Positions 39,539 to 48,981 of a DNA stretch of 64,000 nt are shown here, piece after piece (position 1 is the stretch's first letter; every line of letters begins with the position of its first letter). Source of the stretch: Thermoplasmatales archaeon (GTDB taxonomy: Archaea > Thermoplasmatota > Thermoplasmata > Thermoplasmatales > GCA-001856825); the NCBI GenBank assembly GCA_038729485.1, contig JAVYRX010000004.1:10183-74182 (forward strand), read 5' to 3'. The notes beneath the pieces were generated by a model. It did not search any database and was not told the DNA's origin. It worked only from the letters and a program-made list of their open reading frames with translations. The translations under genes were made by a program, and so were the position numbers.

Positions 39539-40227
39539 TCTCTTACGTAATTCCCGCTATGAACGAGGAGGCTACAATAGGCTCTGTCATAGATTCCATC
39601 AGAAGGCTCGACAAGGATGGAGAGATCATAGTCGTAGATTCTGATTCAACTGACAGAACAGCCGAGATCGCACTCTCAAAGGGTGCAATCGTCGTAAACG
39701 AAAAAATAAAGGGGTACGGATATGCGTACAAGAAAGGCTTTTCCGTGGCCAGTGGAGATATTATATGCACCCTTGACGGAGATGGCACCTATCCTGCATT
39801 CAACATAGCCTCACTTTTGGATGCGTTGAATGGGGGTGCGGATTTCGTAAGCGGTGAAAGGCTTTCCGGTGTCACGAAAGAAGCCATGAATTCTATGCAC
39901 ATGGCAGGAAATGTAATTCTTAAATTTCTTTGTCGAGTTCTCTTCATGGTGGACATCAAGGACAGCCAGTCCGGCATGTGGCTCTTCAAGAAGGAAATAT
40001 TGCAGGATATTTTGCCTGTCGGCACTGGAATGGAATTTTCCGAGGAGATTAAGATAAGGGCTGCTGTCAAGTTCTGCTACGCTGAGGTTCCAATAAAGTA
40101 TGAAAGGAGAATGGGGGAAAAGAAACTTAAGCCATGGAAGGACGGCATTAGAAACCTGTTGTTCCTCTTCAAGCTGCGCGCAGTCTCCGGCCTTAGAACA
40201 AACAGGTTCAGATGTTCTCTATCCTAG
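39535..40227 (+). CDS. Glycosyltransferase family 2, dolichyl-phosphate sugar synthase-like
   Basis: ISYVIPAMNEEATIGSVIDSI, VVDSDSTDRTAEIA, LDGDGTYP and DSQSGMWLF. 4-nt overlap with the preceding GT2 gene. Confidence 0.85.
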   Translation: MISYVIPAMNEEATIGSVIDSIRRLDKDGEIIVVDSDSTDRTAEIALSKGAIVVNEKIKGYGYAYKKGFSVASGDIICTLDGDGTYPAFNIASLLDALNGGADFVSGERLSGVTKEAMNSMHMAGNVILKFLCRVLFMVDIKDSQSGMWLFKKEILQDILPVGTGMEFSEEIKIRAAVKFCYAEVPIKYERRMGEKKLKPWKDGIRNLLFLFKLRAVSGLRTNRFRCSLS

Positions 40228-40948
40228 GGGCTATCAAAAACGTTACCTTTCCCTTTCCGTTCAATATCGGCGCTTCCATCCTCAGGGGATAGTCATTACC
40301 TAATGAGATCGATATTTCGTCAGTGCTTTCCAGCGCCCGGAGGAACTTCGTAAGATATTCCAGCGCAAATGAACTCTTCGCGTCCGCACTGTATATATAT
40401 TCCTTCGCTTGGCTCTTCGGGACGGTCATCTCGGTGGTCTCAGAGTCTGTTTCCCCTTTGGCAAAAATTCTTACTTCATCGTTCTTCATGGAAAAAGTCA
40501 CAACTTCTGAAATGCCTTCCGCTGCCTTGATTCCTTTCAAAAGTAAGGAAAGGTCTGTCACTATTTTATCTTGCGGTTCTATAGTGGGTATCTTGGGCGT
40601 AGTAAGGGTTGATGGATCTATCATAGGTATGCTGGCAGCGAGATTGCCAACCTTCATTGAGATTCTCTTCCCATCGAATTTTATGTCTATTATCTCGTCA
40701 GGCCCGGTTAGCCGGAGAAAATTCCTCATCTTTTCTATATCCAGTCCCAGGCTGTCTTCGCCATCTATGTTAAATTCCTGGAATGCGTCTCTCTTTATTT
40801 CAAGAGAAATCATTGCAACCCTCGCTGGATCCATAACCTTAGAGGAGATGCCGTCGGGCTTAAAATCCACCCTAGCCTCTTGAACTAACGTTAATATAAG
40901 GTTAAAAAATTCCCTGATAGTTTTAGCGTCAACCTTGATTTGAAGCAT
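40208..40948 (-). CDS. pcn: PCNA sliding clamp
   Basis: MLQIKVDAKTIREFFNLILTLVQEARVDFKPDGISSKVMDPARVAMISLEI and the C-terminal MEAPI....GKVTFLIAPRIE are typical of archaeal PCNA. I prefer the ATG at 40948 over the TTG at 40957. Confidence 0.9.
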   Translation of the reverse strand: MLQIKVDAKTIREFFNLILTLVQEARVDFKPDGISSKVMDPARVAMISLEIKRDAFQEFNIDGEDSLGLDIEKMRNFLRLTGPDEIIDIKFDGKRISMKVGNLAASIPMIDPSTLTTPKIPTIEPQDKIVTDLSLLLKGIKAAEGISEVVTFSMKNDEVRIFAKGETDSETTEMTVPKSQAKEYIYSADAKSSFALEYLTKFLRALESTDEISISLGNDYPLRMEAPILNGKGKVTFLIAPRIENI

Positions 40949-41022
40949 AATTATCAAAAGTTAAAAAATTACGACCTTTTAAGCTTTTCCTTGATTAATT
41001 CATATTTTTCCGGTTAGTAGAG

Positions 41023-41181
41023 TCAGTGGCTCTCAACTATTAGCTCGGAGTAACCGCACCGTCCACATGTAAGCCTGTCCTCATGTTTTGCCAGAAACAC
41101 TCCCGGTCCGCACTTCGGACAGAACTTCCCCAGCCGGATAAGTTTTCCGTTTTCAACTTTGTACATTTCCCTTTTCTGCAT
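41023..41181 (-). CDS. rps27ae: Ribosomal protein S27ae (eS31), zinc-ribbon
   Basis: This gene is absent from the ORF track because it is under 60 aa. My manual translation gives [52 protein letters not shown] (52 aa) with a CPKC...CGRC ribbon. It lies in the conserved position after rps24e and overlaps its 3' end by 29 nt. Confidence 0.85.
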   Translation of the reverse strand: MQKREMYKVENGKLIRLGKFCPKCGPGVFLAKHEDRLTCGRCGYSELIVESH

Positions 41182-41479
41182 TTTTATCTTCACCTTTTGA
41201 TTTCAGACCGTTTCTGAAAAGTATAAAATCCGGTTCGAGCTTCATGGCATCCTCCTTTGAAGTGTAGATTTTAGCATACCCCTCCGTATAAGTCCTTCCA
41301 AATTTCGAATGTTGATCGTCTATGATCACAATCTCTGCCGGAACCTGGAGGTTCGCCGAAAGTTGTTCCTTTGCCTTTTGCCTACTCGGGGTCGGATCAC
41401 CCGGATGCACGATCCTATACCTAACCTCGCTTCTGTTTAGAAGCTTGTTTTCTCTTCTCTCAATTATCTCAATCTTCAT
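41153..41479 (-). CDS. rps24e: Ribosomal protein S24e
   Basis: [33 protein letters not shown]...[15 protein letters not shown].....EP. The Met at 41479 matches the usual N-terminus; the ORF-track start is 41488. Confidence 0.9.
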   Translation of the reverse strand: MKIEIIERRENKLLNRSEVRYRIVHPGDPTPSRQKAKEQLSANLQVPAEIVIIDDQHSKFGRTYTEGYAKIYTSKEDAMKLEPDFILFRNGLKSKGEDKNAEKGNVQS

Positions 41480-41990
41480 CTGCTTCACTCCTCATAGCTA
41501 ATATTAAATCAGTTACATTTTTCCTCAGGCTTTCACCTACCTCATATACTGCGATACCCTTATCAGGGACTCCATAAATAACTATCGCCCCTTCAGGTGC
41601 CAAAAGTATTGCAGGAATGGACGCAAGATCTTCCTCACCCTCAACTTCAATTATGGTGTTCCCCTTAGATCGTAAGGCCTCGTCAATTGAATTCCACATC
41701 TCTACAGATATACAACCTGAAGGGTTTCTGACCTTTACGTTTCTTTCCCATTTTGAGGGAAGCGGGACAATCTGTTCATTTCTCTTAGTTTTGAAATCAA
41801 CCACGGCGACCTTGGGCGTTATCCTATATTTCAATGCGGTAGAGGTGACTACGTCACCCACTGTTATCAGTACCTTTGTAAACAGGAATTCTATTTGCGA
41901 TTCCTTTGTGATCAAAACATCTGGAGCCTTTGAGAGCTGTTCTCTGTACTTTTCAGGTATTGTCAGATCCTTATCGAACTTTAATTGCAT
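41469..41990 (-). CDS. DUF359 protein (family of the archaeal GTP-dependent dephospho-CoA kinase)
   Basis: VGDVVTSTAL...TPKVAVVDFKTKR, VRNPSGCIS, and VEGEEDLASIPAILLAPEGAIVIYGVPDKG. It occupies the conserved position between spt4 and rps24e. Confidence 0.7.
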   Translation of the reverse strand: MQLKFDKDLTIPEKYREQLSKAPDVLITKESQIEFLFTKVLITVGDVVTSTALKYRITPKVAVVDFKTKRNEQIVPLPSKWERNVKVRNPSGCISVEMWNSIDEALRSKGNTIIEVEGEEDLASIPAILLAPEGAIVIYGVPDKGIAVYEVGESLRKNVTDLILAMRSEADED

Positions 41991-42156
41991 ACTCGCCCTG
42001 GGTCGTTATCCCTGCCCTCTTTGCTATTAGTGATTTCTCAGGATTTAATATGAACATATACCCCTTCCATTCAAGCACTGTTTCTCCGCCGCACTTTTCG
42101 CATTTTGAATTTTCCGTAATGCTCTTGCAATTTCTGCATGCCCTTATTTTTATCAT
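41971..42156 (-). CDS. spt4: Transcription elongation factor Spt4 (RpoE'')
   Basis: 61 aa with Zn ribbon CRNC...CEKCG, followed by W.G...ILNPEKS.IAK. Confidence 0.85.
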   Translation of the reverse strand: MIKIRACRNCKSITENSKCEKCGGETVLEWKGYMFILNPEKSLIAKRAGITTQGEYAIKVR

Positions 42157-42731
42157 TTAGCCTCACCCTTTAGCCAGGATATTTTCCCTAGGAAATTCTG
42201 CCTCATTGTGAGGCCAATCTTGCTCTCTTCGATGTTCGTATCGGAAAGCGATAAGGCAACTATTCTGGCCCTGACGTAATCCCCATTCTTGAGGTCTCTC
42301 TTCGTGTCCTTTCCGATCATCCTCTTATTGTCTTCGTCAACTTCTATCCTATCGTCCAAAACCTGACTTACGTGGAGAAGGCCTTCCACTGGGCCAAGAC
42401 TCACGAAGGCTCCAAATTTTTTCACATCTACAATATCCCCTTCCACGACCTCCTGTAGCGTGGGTTGGAAGGCAAGAACGGTAAGTTTAATGTTCTGGTA
42501 AACGCCTCCATCCCCATGAACGACTCTCCCCTCGCCCTCTAGCTTAACGTCAAGGACCAGGAGATTAATGTATCTTCTATCGTTTTGGTCCCTCACGAGA
42601 TTCCTGTCCAGCATGCCAACCTTACCTTCAACGTTGCCTATTGCCGTTGCTATCGCAGTCTTTTCGTAATCGGTTCCAAGATTTTCCGGGGGAATCCTGA
42701 CGGTATCAGTCATTTCCAATATGAAGTACAT
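42153..42731 (-). CDS. rpoE: RNA polymerase subunit Rpo7 (E')
   Basis: N-terminal MYFILEMTDTVRIPP and a C-terminal S1 domain (GDIVDVKKFGAFVSLGPVEGLLHVSQ). 4-nt overlap with spt4. Confidence 0.9.
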   Translation of the reverse strand: MYFILEMTDTVRIPPENLGTDYEKTAIATAIGNVEGKVGMLDRNLVRDQNDRRYINLLVLDVKLEGEGRVVHGDGGVYQNIKLTVLAFQPTLQEVVEGDIVDVKKFGAFVSLGPVEGLLHVSQVLDDRIEVDEDNKRMIGKDTKRDLKNGDYVRARIVALSLSDTNIEESKIGLTMRQNFLGKISWLKGEAK

Positions 42732-42820
42732 GGGCTCCTCTTATAGAGACTGGATGTGTCCTGAGTATATATCTTTTTCAAGGTTTCTCAATCTGATATA
42801 CCCTCCTTTGGATCAGCAAG

Positions 42821-44218
42821 TCATTTGTTGAGCATGTTCTCAATGGAGAAAACCTTGGCTATTTCCTCTTCCGTAAGGATTTTCTTCTGCCGCAGAAGCT
42901 CTATCAAAGGCACTTTCTTCTCTTTCGATTCCTTCACAAGTTCTGCTGTCCTTTCATAGCCTATTATTGGGTTTAGAAGAAGGGCCGTCCCTGGCGAGTT
43001 GATCAAAACGTTATAGGCCTGATCTTTGTTCACTTTTATGCCGTTAAGCGTTTTTGTCTTCACTATGTCCATTGAAACAGTTAGGACATCAAGTGCCTCC
43101 ATCAGAGCTGTATATATTACCGGAACGAAGACGTTTATTTCCATCTCCCCCTGCGTAGATGCATCGTTGACAGTTTGGGCCAGCCCCCTGACGTAAAGGG
43201 CACTCATGGTTACTGCCTCGAAGATGCTGGGATTGACTTTTCCCGGCATTATTGAGGACCCAGGCTGAACTGCTGGCAGCACTATTTCATTGAATCCTGC
43301 GATTGGGCCCGAATTCATTAGTCTGAAATCTCTCGAAATCTTGATAATTGACGCGGAAAGATTCGATAATAATGTTCCAACAAGGTTGAAATCGGAGGTA
43401 AACTGCATTACTGACATGAGATTCTCAGCGGGGACGAAATTTTCCTTGAAATGTTCATTAATTTTTTCGTATAATATCTGCCTAACTTTTACCGGGAAAT
43501 TGGCACCGGTACCTACTGCGGTACCTCCCAGGTTGAGTCTTCTGAGCCTATTCATGACAAAATCTGCCTGGACTACGAATGATCTAAGCTCATCTGCGTA
43601 CGCTTTAAATTCCCCTCCGAATGTTACTGCAGATGCATCCTGGAGGTGCGTTCTGCCTGTTTTAATGCTCATTTCGTGTTCCTTTGAGAGTTGATCCAGT
43701 TTCTCTATTACGCCGTTCAATTCATTGAGAAACTCCTTCAACGAAAACAGAAGCGTAATCCTCACCGCTGCAGGGAAAACATCGTTTGTTGATTGACCGA
43801 TGTTAATGTGGTTGTGCGGGCTAATTATGTCGTGGCTTCCTAGAGGTTTACCGAGAATTTGCAATGCTTTGTTTGCAATTACCTCGTTGACATTCATATT
43901 TGTCGATGTGCCAGCTCCAGCCTGTATATACCTCAAAGGAAAATCCTCTTCATTCTTTTCCTTTAGCAGAGCATCTGCTGCCTTTATGATGGTTTCACCG
44001 ATGTCTTTCGGGATCGTCCCAACTGACATGAACGCTCCTACGTAGGATCTTTTGATTCCAATAAGGGCATCTATTATTCTCTTGTCCATTTGCCTCTTGT
44101 ATGGAAAATTGGCTAATGCCCTGGCAGTTTCAGGGCCATAAAGTCTCCCGTCCGGGATTTCAACTTCACCTAAAGAATCTCTCTCTATTCTCGACATAAC
44201 TGTTAATCGAGATTTCAT
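42821..44218 (-). CDS. Class II fumarase / aspartate ammonia-lyase family enzyme
   Basis: Signature GSSIMPGKVNP, GAGTSTNMNVNEV and TGRTHLQDA. 465 aa. FumC and AspA cannot be told apart by eye. Confidence 0.9.
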   Translation of the reverse strand: MKSRLTVMSRIERDSLGEVEIPDGRLYGPETARALANFPYKRQMDKRIIDALIGIKRSYVGAFMSVGTIPKDIGETIIKAADALLKEKNEEDFPLRYIQAGAGTSTNMNVNEVIANKALQILGKPLGSHDIISPHNHINIGQSTNDVFPAAVRITLLFSLKEFLNELNGVIEKLDQLSKEHEMSIKTGRTHLQDASAVTFGGEFKAYADELRSFVVQADFVMNRLRRLNLGGTAVGTGANFPVKVRQILYEKINEHFKENFVPAENLMSVMQFTSDFNLVGTLLSNLSASIIKISRDFRLMNSGPIAGFNEIVLPAVQPGSSIMPGKVNPSIFEAVTMSALYVRGLAQTVNDASTQGEMEINVFVPVIYTALMEALDVLTVSMDIVKTKTLNGIKVNKDQAYNVLINSPGTALLLNPIIGYERTAELVKESKEKKVPLIELLRQKKILTEEEIAKVFSIENMLNK

Positions 44219-44245
44219 ATTTAATTAATTTCGGGGGTTGCTTTT

Positions 44246-44752
44246 CTATTTCAGGATCCTTGAAACAAGAGCATTAAGCTCCTCTCTGGAAGCCTTGTGC
44301 GATCTAGAAAACCACCATCTTTGAAACTGAGCATCATCTTCTTCTCTCCTTGGAAGAACGTGAAGGTGGAAATGATAAATGGTCTGACCGGCGGATTTGC
44401 CGGTCGAGTGAACTATGTTGATTCCATCTGCGTCCAGGTTTTTCATCAGCATCTCGCTGACTATTTTGGCTGCTTCTATAGTTCCGTCCAATGATTCCTT
44501 GTCCACGTCAGTTATATCTGAAAAATGTTTGTTGGGAACGATCAACACGTGTCCTTCGAATAATGGATGGATGTCTAGGAAGGCGGATACAACGTTATTT
44601 CTATATATGAAAGTCGCATCTTCCTTGCCTCTGATAATTCTGCAGAATACGCAGCTCTCAACGTAATATTGATCTGTCAATAGCACTATATCGCCTATGG
44701 CATAATATCTTTTTTCAATGAACTTTTTAATTTGCTTGGGGCGCAACAACAT
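44246..44752 (-). CDS. HIT-family nucleotide hydrolase/transferase (about 33-aa N-terminal extension)
   Basis: CVFCRIIRG, GHVLIVPNKH and the histidine triad HFHLHVLPR. Confidence 0.8.
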   Translation of the reverse strand: MLLRPKQIKKFIEKRYYAIGDIVLLTDQYYVESCVFCRIIRGKEDATFIYRNNVVSAFLDIHPLFEGHVLIVPNKHFSDITDVDKESLDGTIEAAKIVSEMLMKNLDADGINIVHSTGKSAGQTIYHFHLHVLPRREEDDAQFQRWWFSRSHKASREELNALVSRILK

Positions 44753-44780
44753 GCTTAAGCCAAACGATCAATGACTACTC

Positions 44781-45152
44781 ATGGATCGCTTGAATCCCCT
44801 CACAAGAGAGGAGGAATTTGTAATTCTCTATGGCGGAACCGAGAGGCCATTTACGGGCGAATATTACAATCATTTTGAAAAGGGTACTTACGTTTGCAAG
44901 AGGTGCGGACAGCCCCTTTACAGGTCAGAAAGTAAATTCGAGGCAGGATGCGGATGGCCAAGCTTCGATGACTTTATACCGGGATCAGTAAAACAGCTTT
45001 TGGACAAGGACAAAAGGAGGACTGAAATCAGATGTTCCAAATGCGATGCCCACCTTGGTCATATTTTTTACGGTGAGGGATTTACACCGAAAAACGCAAG
45101 GCACTGCGTAAACTCTATATCTCTTCGTTTTTTGCCAGATGAAATAAAATGA
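44781..45152 (+). CDS. msrB: Methionine-R-sulfoxide reductase
   Basis: CKRCG / CSKCDAHLGH zinc site, GCGWPSF and catalytic RHCVNS. Confidence 0.95.
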   Translation: MDRLNPLTREEEFVILYGGTERPFTGEYYNHFEKGTYVCKRCGQPLYRSESKFEAGCGWPSFDDFIPGSVKQLLDKDKRRTEIRCSKCDAHLGHIFYGEGFTPKNARHCVNSISLRFLPDEIK

Positions 45153-45673
45153 AGAGTATCGTATTGGGAGCTGGATGCTTCTGGTGTACTGAAGCAATTT
45201 ATTCTCAGATTCGCGGGGTCATTTCAACTACACCAGGATTCTCTGGTGGTACCGTTCCAAATCCAAGTTACCAAAGGGTCTGCGAAGGCGACACGGGACA
45301 CATAGAAGTTGTGAAGATTGATTACGATGATCGGGTCATCTCGTTGGAGCGTCTTCTTGAAATATTCTTCAATATTCACGATCCAACATCTTTGGACAGA
45401 CAGGGAGAAGACGTGGGTTATCAGTACAGGTCAGTCATATTCTACGGAAACGAATCTGATCTCGAAACTATACAAAATGCGATTGCAAAAGCTCAAAAGA
45501 ACTTCGCGAGAAAGATAGTGACAGAGATCAGAAAGCTGGATGCTTTTTATCCTGCGGAGGAGTATCACAAGGATTATTTCAAGAGGAATCCGGAGAAGGC
45601 ATACTGTCGCCTTGTAATATCTCCAAAGGTCAAAAAGGCAAAGGTGGAATTCCCGGAATTTTCTACGAGCTAA
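45149..45673 (+). CDS. msrA: Methionine-S-sulfoxide reductase
   Basis: GAGCFWCTE catalytic motif, GHIEVV and YHKDYF. ATGA overlap with msrB. Confidence 0.95.
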   Translation: MKSIVLGAGCFWCTEAIYSQIRGVISTTPGFSGGTVPNPSYQRVCEGDTGHIEVVKIDYDDRVISLERLLEIFFNIHDPTSLDRQGEDVGYQYRSVIFYGNESDLETIQNAIAKAQKNFARKIVTEIRKLDAFYPAEEYHKDYFKRNPEKAYCRLVISPKVKKAKVEFPEFSTS

Positions 45674-45681
45674 GAGGATCC

Positions 45682-46695
45682 TTATTGGGGCATTGGCTTT
45701 ACCTGTTTTCCAATCTTTCTCAATATACTTCTTTCGAATATCACCTTCATATAAAGGGCATCGTGTTCGAGCAACGGCGAAAATGATATTATGGTCATTT
45801 CATCATCAAAATCAGCAATAGCATCAGCAAATGGCTCGAACTTCAGGTTTCCCTTCTTTATTGGCGTTATCCTGTATTCGTTCTGATCTATGAATTCTAC
45901 ACCAGCAAATTCGAAATACATGGGCCTTCCTTTCCTCTTCGTATCAGAGATTATTTCTGCGAAGTCATCGTGCTCAAGAACAGGGCCGTTATTTATGGAA
46001 TAGTAATGAGCTATGTTCGTGATCGAGCTCAGCCCCTTGACTTTGCTGATTAGAAAGTCAATCTCGTCCTCCATTCCCAGTACCTCCTTCTTTCCTGAAT
46101 TCTCGATACAAAGCCTTGGCTTCAGGTTTAGCTTTCCCATAGTATCTATTATATGTTTCAGGGACGAGGCGGTCGTACTAAGGTCTTTTTTTCTCTGACC
46201 TGACGCCAAACCAAGGTGCGTTATTACATATTCAGTGTCAAGTGCGTCAGCCAAAACCGCGCCCCAGATCGTATGCTGCGTAGAGTCAAATATCATCTTT
46301 TCATCGTTGGAGAAATCTACGTAGTAGGGAGTATGCATAGATATCTTGACGTCAAGTTCTTTTGCGATATCCCTGGCAAGGGATATTTCTCTGTAATCTC
46401 TTGCCATGCTCCAGAAGAGTTCCGTACCTATGTCGTCCTCCTCTATTTCCTTATTTATTCCTACTGATGCATAATTGCCGTTTTCGTCGCTTCGCAGTAG
46501 ATCCACCAAAAGAATGTCGTCAAGGTCCTTGGGCTTCATACCAACAAAATCCCTAAGCTCCCTTTCCTGCGTGCTTATTCTAAATAGTTGGATTTCCAAA
46601 TAATTGAGGCCTAGCTGGAATGTGTTTTCGATCGCATCTTTGACCGTTCTTCCCTTAGAACCTAAAGGTATGCCTGCAATTCCAAATCTGTACAT
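45682..46695 (-). CDS. Xylose-isomerase-like TIM-barrel protein, endonuclease IV (AP endonuclease 2)-like
   Basis: LNYLEIQ, SMHTPYYVDF, VITHLG and LCIENSGKKEVLG follow the order of the metal-ligand blocks in Nfo-type enzymes. It carries an acidic insertion, and its function is not secure. Confidence 0.5.
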   Translation of the reverse strand: MYRFGIAGIPLGSKGRTVKDAIENTFQLGLNYLEIQLFRISTQERELRDFVGMKPKDLDDILLVDLLRSDENGNYASVGINKEIEEDDIGTELFWSMARDYREISLARDIAKELDVKISMHTPYYVDFSNDEKMIFDSTQHTIWGAVLADALDTEYVITHLGLASGQRKKDLSTTASSLKHIIDTMGKLNLKPRLCIENSGKKEVLGMEDEIDFLISKVKGLSSITNIAHYYSINNGPVLEHDDFAEIISDTKRKGRPMYFEFAGVEFIDQNEYRITPIKKGNLKFEPFADAIADFDDEMTIISFSPLLEHDALYMKVIFERSILRKIGKQVKPMPQ

Positions 46696-46778
46696 TCCCT
46701 TAACGTTATATAATGAAGGTAATAAAACCTTGTGAGAATATTAAGCTTCCTCATCAGTCTTCAAGATTCATGCTGCCC

Positions 46779-47204
46779 TTATTCTAAGAAAGGCCTTATG
46801 TTCTCTTTCACAAGCTGCAAGTCATCGTTGCTGACAACTTTTCTTCTCTTAGCGATCTCCTCCAGCATGTTTGAATATGTTTCGTCGTATCTAGGAATTA
46901 CATGAATGTGGAAGTGAAAGATCGTCTGTCCAGCGTGGTAGCCGTTATTCTGTATGATGTTTATTCCTAAGGGATTGAACGACTTCTGTAAGGCGACTGT
47001 GATCTTCTTTGCAACCAGCATTGCTTCCTTAACTGTTGTGTCATCCGCATCCATAATGTTTGTGAAATGCGCGTTTGAAATAACAAGAGCATGCCCCTTC
47101 CCTACGGGCCTATAATCGAGAAAAGAGGTGACTCTTTCAGTCTTATATAAAACTACGGCTTCCAGCTCTCCACCTGCTATTTTGCAAAATGGGCAATCTG
47201 TCAT
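46779..47204 (-). CDS. HIT-family protein
   Basis: CPFCKIAGG, GHALVISNAH and HFHIHVIPR. 141 aa. Confidence 0.85.
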   Translation of the reverse strand: MTDCPFCKIAGGELEAVVLYKTERVTSFLDYRPVGKGHALVISNAHFTNIMDADDTTVKEAMLVAKKITVALQKSFNPLGINIIQNNGYHAGQTIFHFHIHVIPRYDETYSNMLEEIAKRRKVVSNDDLQLVKENIRPFLE

Positions 47205-47234
47205 CTCAACTGAATGACATCTACATTAAATTCT

Positions 47235-48398
47235 TTAATTGTTTGCCTTCCTTGTCGCAAAATACAGCAACGGTATCATTGCAATTCCCATTGCTCCCAG
47301 CAACATCCAGCCTGCACGGTTGTTCACTCTGTCCGTAAGAAATGTGAAAAAATAAGGAGAGACTGATCCTATCGCAAGACTGATACCATTTACAAATGCG
47401 AGGACGAATGGAATCATCGGTTTATCGGTTATGAATCTGACTGACTCTATGTATAGAACTGTGAAACCTGAAACAAGGAAGAATCCTGCTACAGAACTGA
47501 ATATCAGCATGGAAGGAAAATTATTCGCGACTGAGATCAGTCCAAATGACAACCCGGTGATAACAAGAACAAAATAAGCGAACCAGGTTCTATGTCTTCT
47601 GCTTGAGAGTATTCTTCCCCCCACTACCCCGCCTAGAAAGCCAAGCAAGAGAAAAAGACCATCTATGAGTCCAGCCTGTGACTTAGGCAGTCTGAGGTAG
47701 TTCTCTGCGTAGAATACGAGAAACTGACCTCCAACCGTTTCAGCGAACATTGAAACTATGGTTGCGATAGGTAAAATCCAGAGGATTTTATCCTTCAGCA
47801 CGTCGAAGATCTTGCTTGCCAGCTGTCTGCCCTCAGTTCTTTCTTCCCTCACCTCTCCGAGGGCCATGGCATTTTCTATTGCCCCAGCTACAACCAGTGC
47901 GCCGCCCAAAACTAACCCAAGTCTCCAACCTATTGCTTTGTCAACGAATACCCATCCAAAAGCGCCTATCCCACCGCCAAGATTGAAAGCACCGTTGTAG
48001 AGACCTACTTGGAAGCTATATGTTTCTGGTGGCGATATCTCTTTTAATACAGTTAGGCCGGGAGAAAAAAACAGGGCAGAACCAGACCCAGCTAGGAATC
48101 TTGCAGCTGCAAGTTCAGGAAATGTCATCGACATCCCCGAAAGAATTCCCCCTATGCCCAGAATAGTTAAACCGAGAAAAGCAACCCTCTTTGCGCCAAT
48201 GCGAGCTGCCATGGCTCCACCTAAAAGCTGAAAAACTGCCAACCCCAAGTAGAAGAATGTGGTTATTATTCCTAGATCAACGACTTTAAGCCTTAAGTCG
48301 CTTGAAATGTATATCAGGCCTGGGGCTATATCGAACCAATTTAATGCGTATAGGGCTCTTGAAACAATCACAGAATATGCTTTTAATGCGTAACCCAC
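47235..48398 (-). CDS. MFS transporter
   Basis: 387 aa with about 12 TM helices. GGAMAARIGAKR is an MFS loop motif. Confidence 0.8.
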   Translation of the reverse strand: MGYALKAYSVIVSRALYALNWFDIAPGLIYISSDLRLKVVDLGIITTFFYLGLAVFQLLGGAMAARIGAKRVAFLGLTILGIGGILSGMSMTFPELAAARFLAGSGSALFFSPGLTVLKEISPPETYSFQVGLYNGAFNLGGGIGAFGWVFVDKAIGWRLGLVLGGALVVAGAIENAMALGEVREERTEGRQLASKIFDVLKDKILWILPIATIVSMFAETVGGQFLVFYAENYLRLPKSQAGLIDGLFLLLGFLGGVVGGRILSSRRHRTWFAYFVLVITGLSFGLISVANNFPSMLIFSSVAGFFLVSGFTVLYIESVRFITDKPMIPFVLAFVNGISLAIGSVSPYFFTFLTDRVNNRAGWMLLGAMGIAMIPLLYFATRKANN

Positions 48399-48981
48399 TT
48401 GTGTTCCTTTCCCGAATAATTACAATAGAAAATGTTTTGCGATTTTTCAGTTGAAGGGGGGGGCAACTGGAATAATGGTGCCATAGGAGATGAAGTGGCT
48501 GGAAAATCGTATTAATGAAAGCTCCGTACAAAATTGGATGTCCAATGAATCTCCCTGAAAGGAGAAGAGGCTGAGCATCAGTCCTCTTGATCTTGCTGGT
48601 TGGTGGGTATGCATTTTAAAAGGGGCGTTCTTTTCCCAGCATGAAAGGAGGATGGTCTCTTTGCTTCAGTTGTGATCGTTCTTGCTGAACATTACCGCAG
48701 GGAGCTCAAAAGCTTAACCATTGCCTTGATTCTGTAGACGTTTCTTATCGGATCCAAAATGCTAAAAGCTCATCAAGGCAGGATTTCCAAAATAAAACTG
48801 GCTAACCTGCTATTCATGGCGTTTTCTTAAACTTTTAAATGCTTAAACTTCTACAAGCTGTAGCTCAAGCATCTTAAATGTACATTTGCGTACATGAAAA
48901 TAATGGATTTAGATGCGCTTAAATCTTGCAGTTTATGGCAAAAATCTTTTAATTATGAAGAACTTATATATTTGATCGTAT

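Noticed and set aside
48456-48463. G8 homopolymer as a phase-variation tract
   Set aside because: It is intergenic and far from either start codon. One tract alone is not evidence for slipped-strand regulation.
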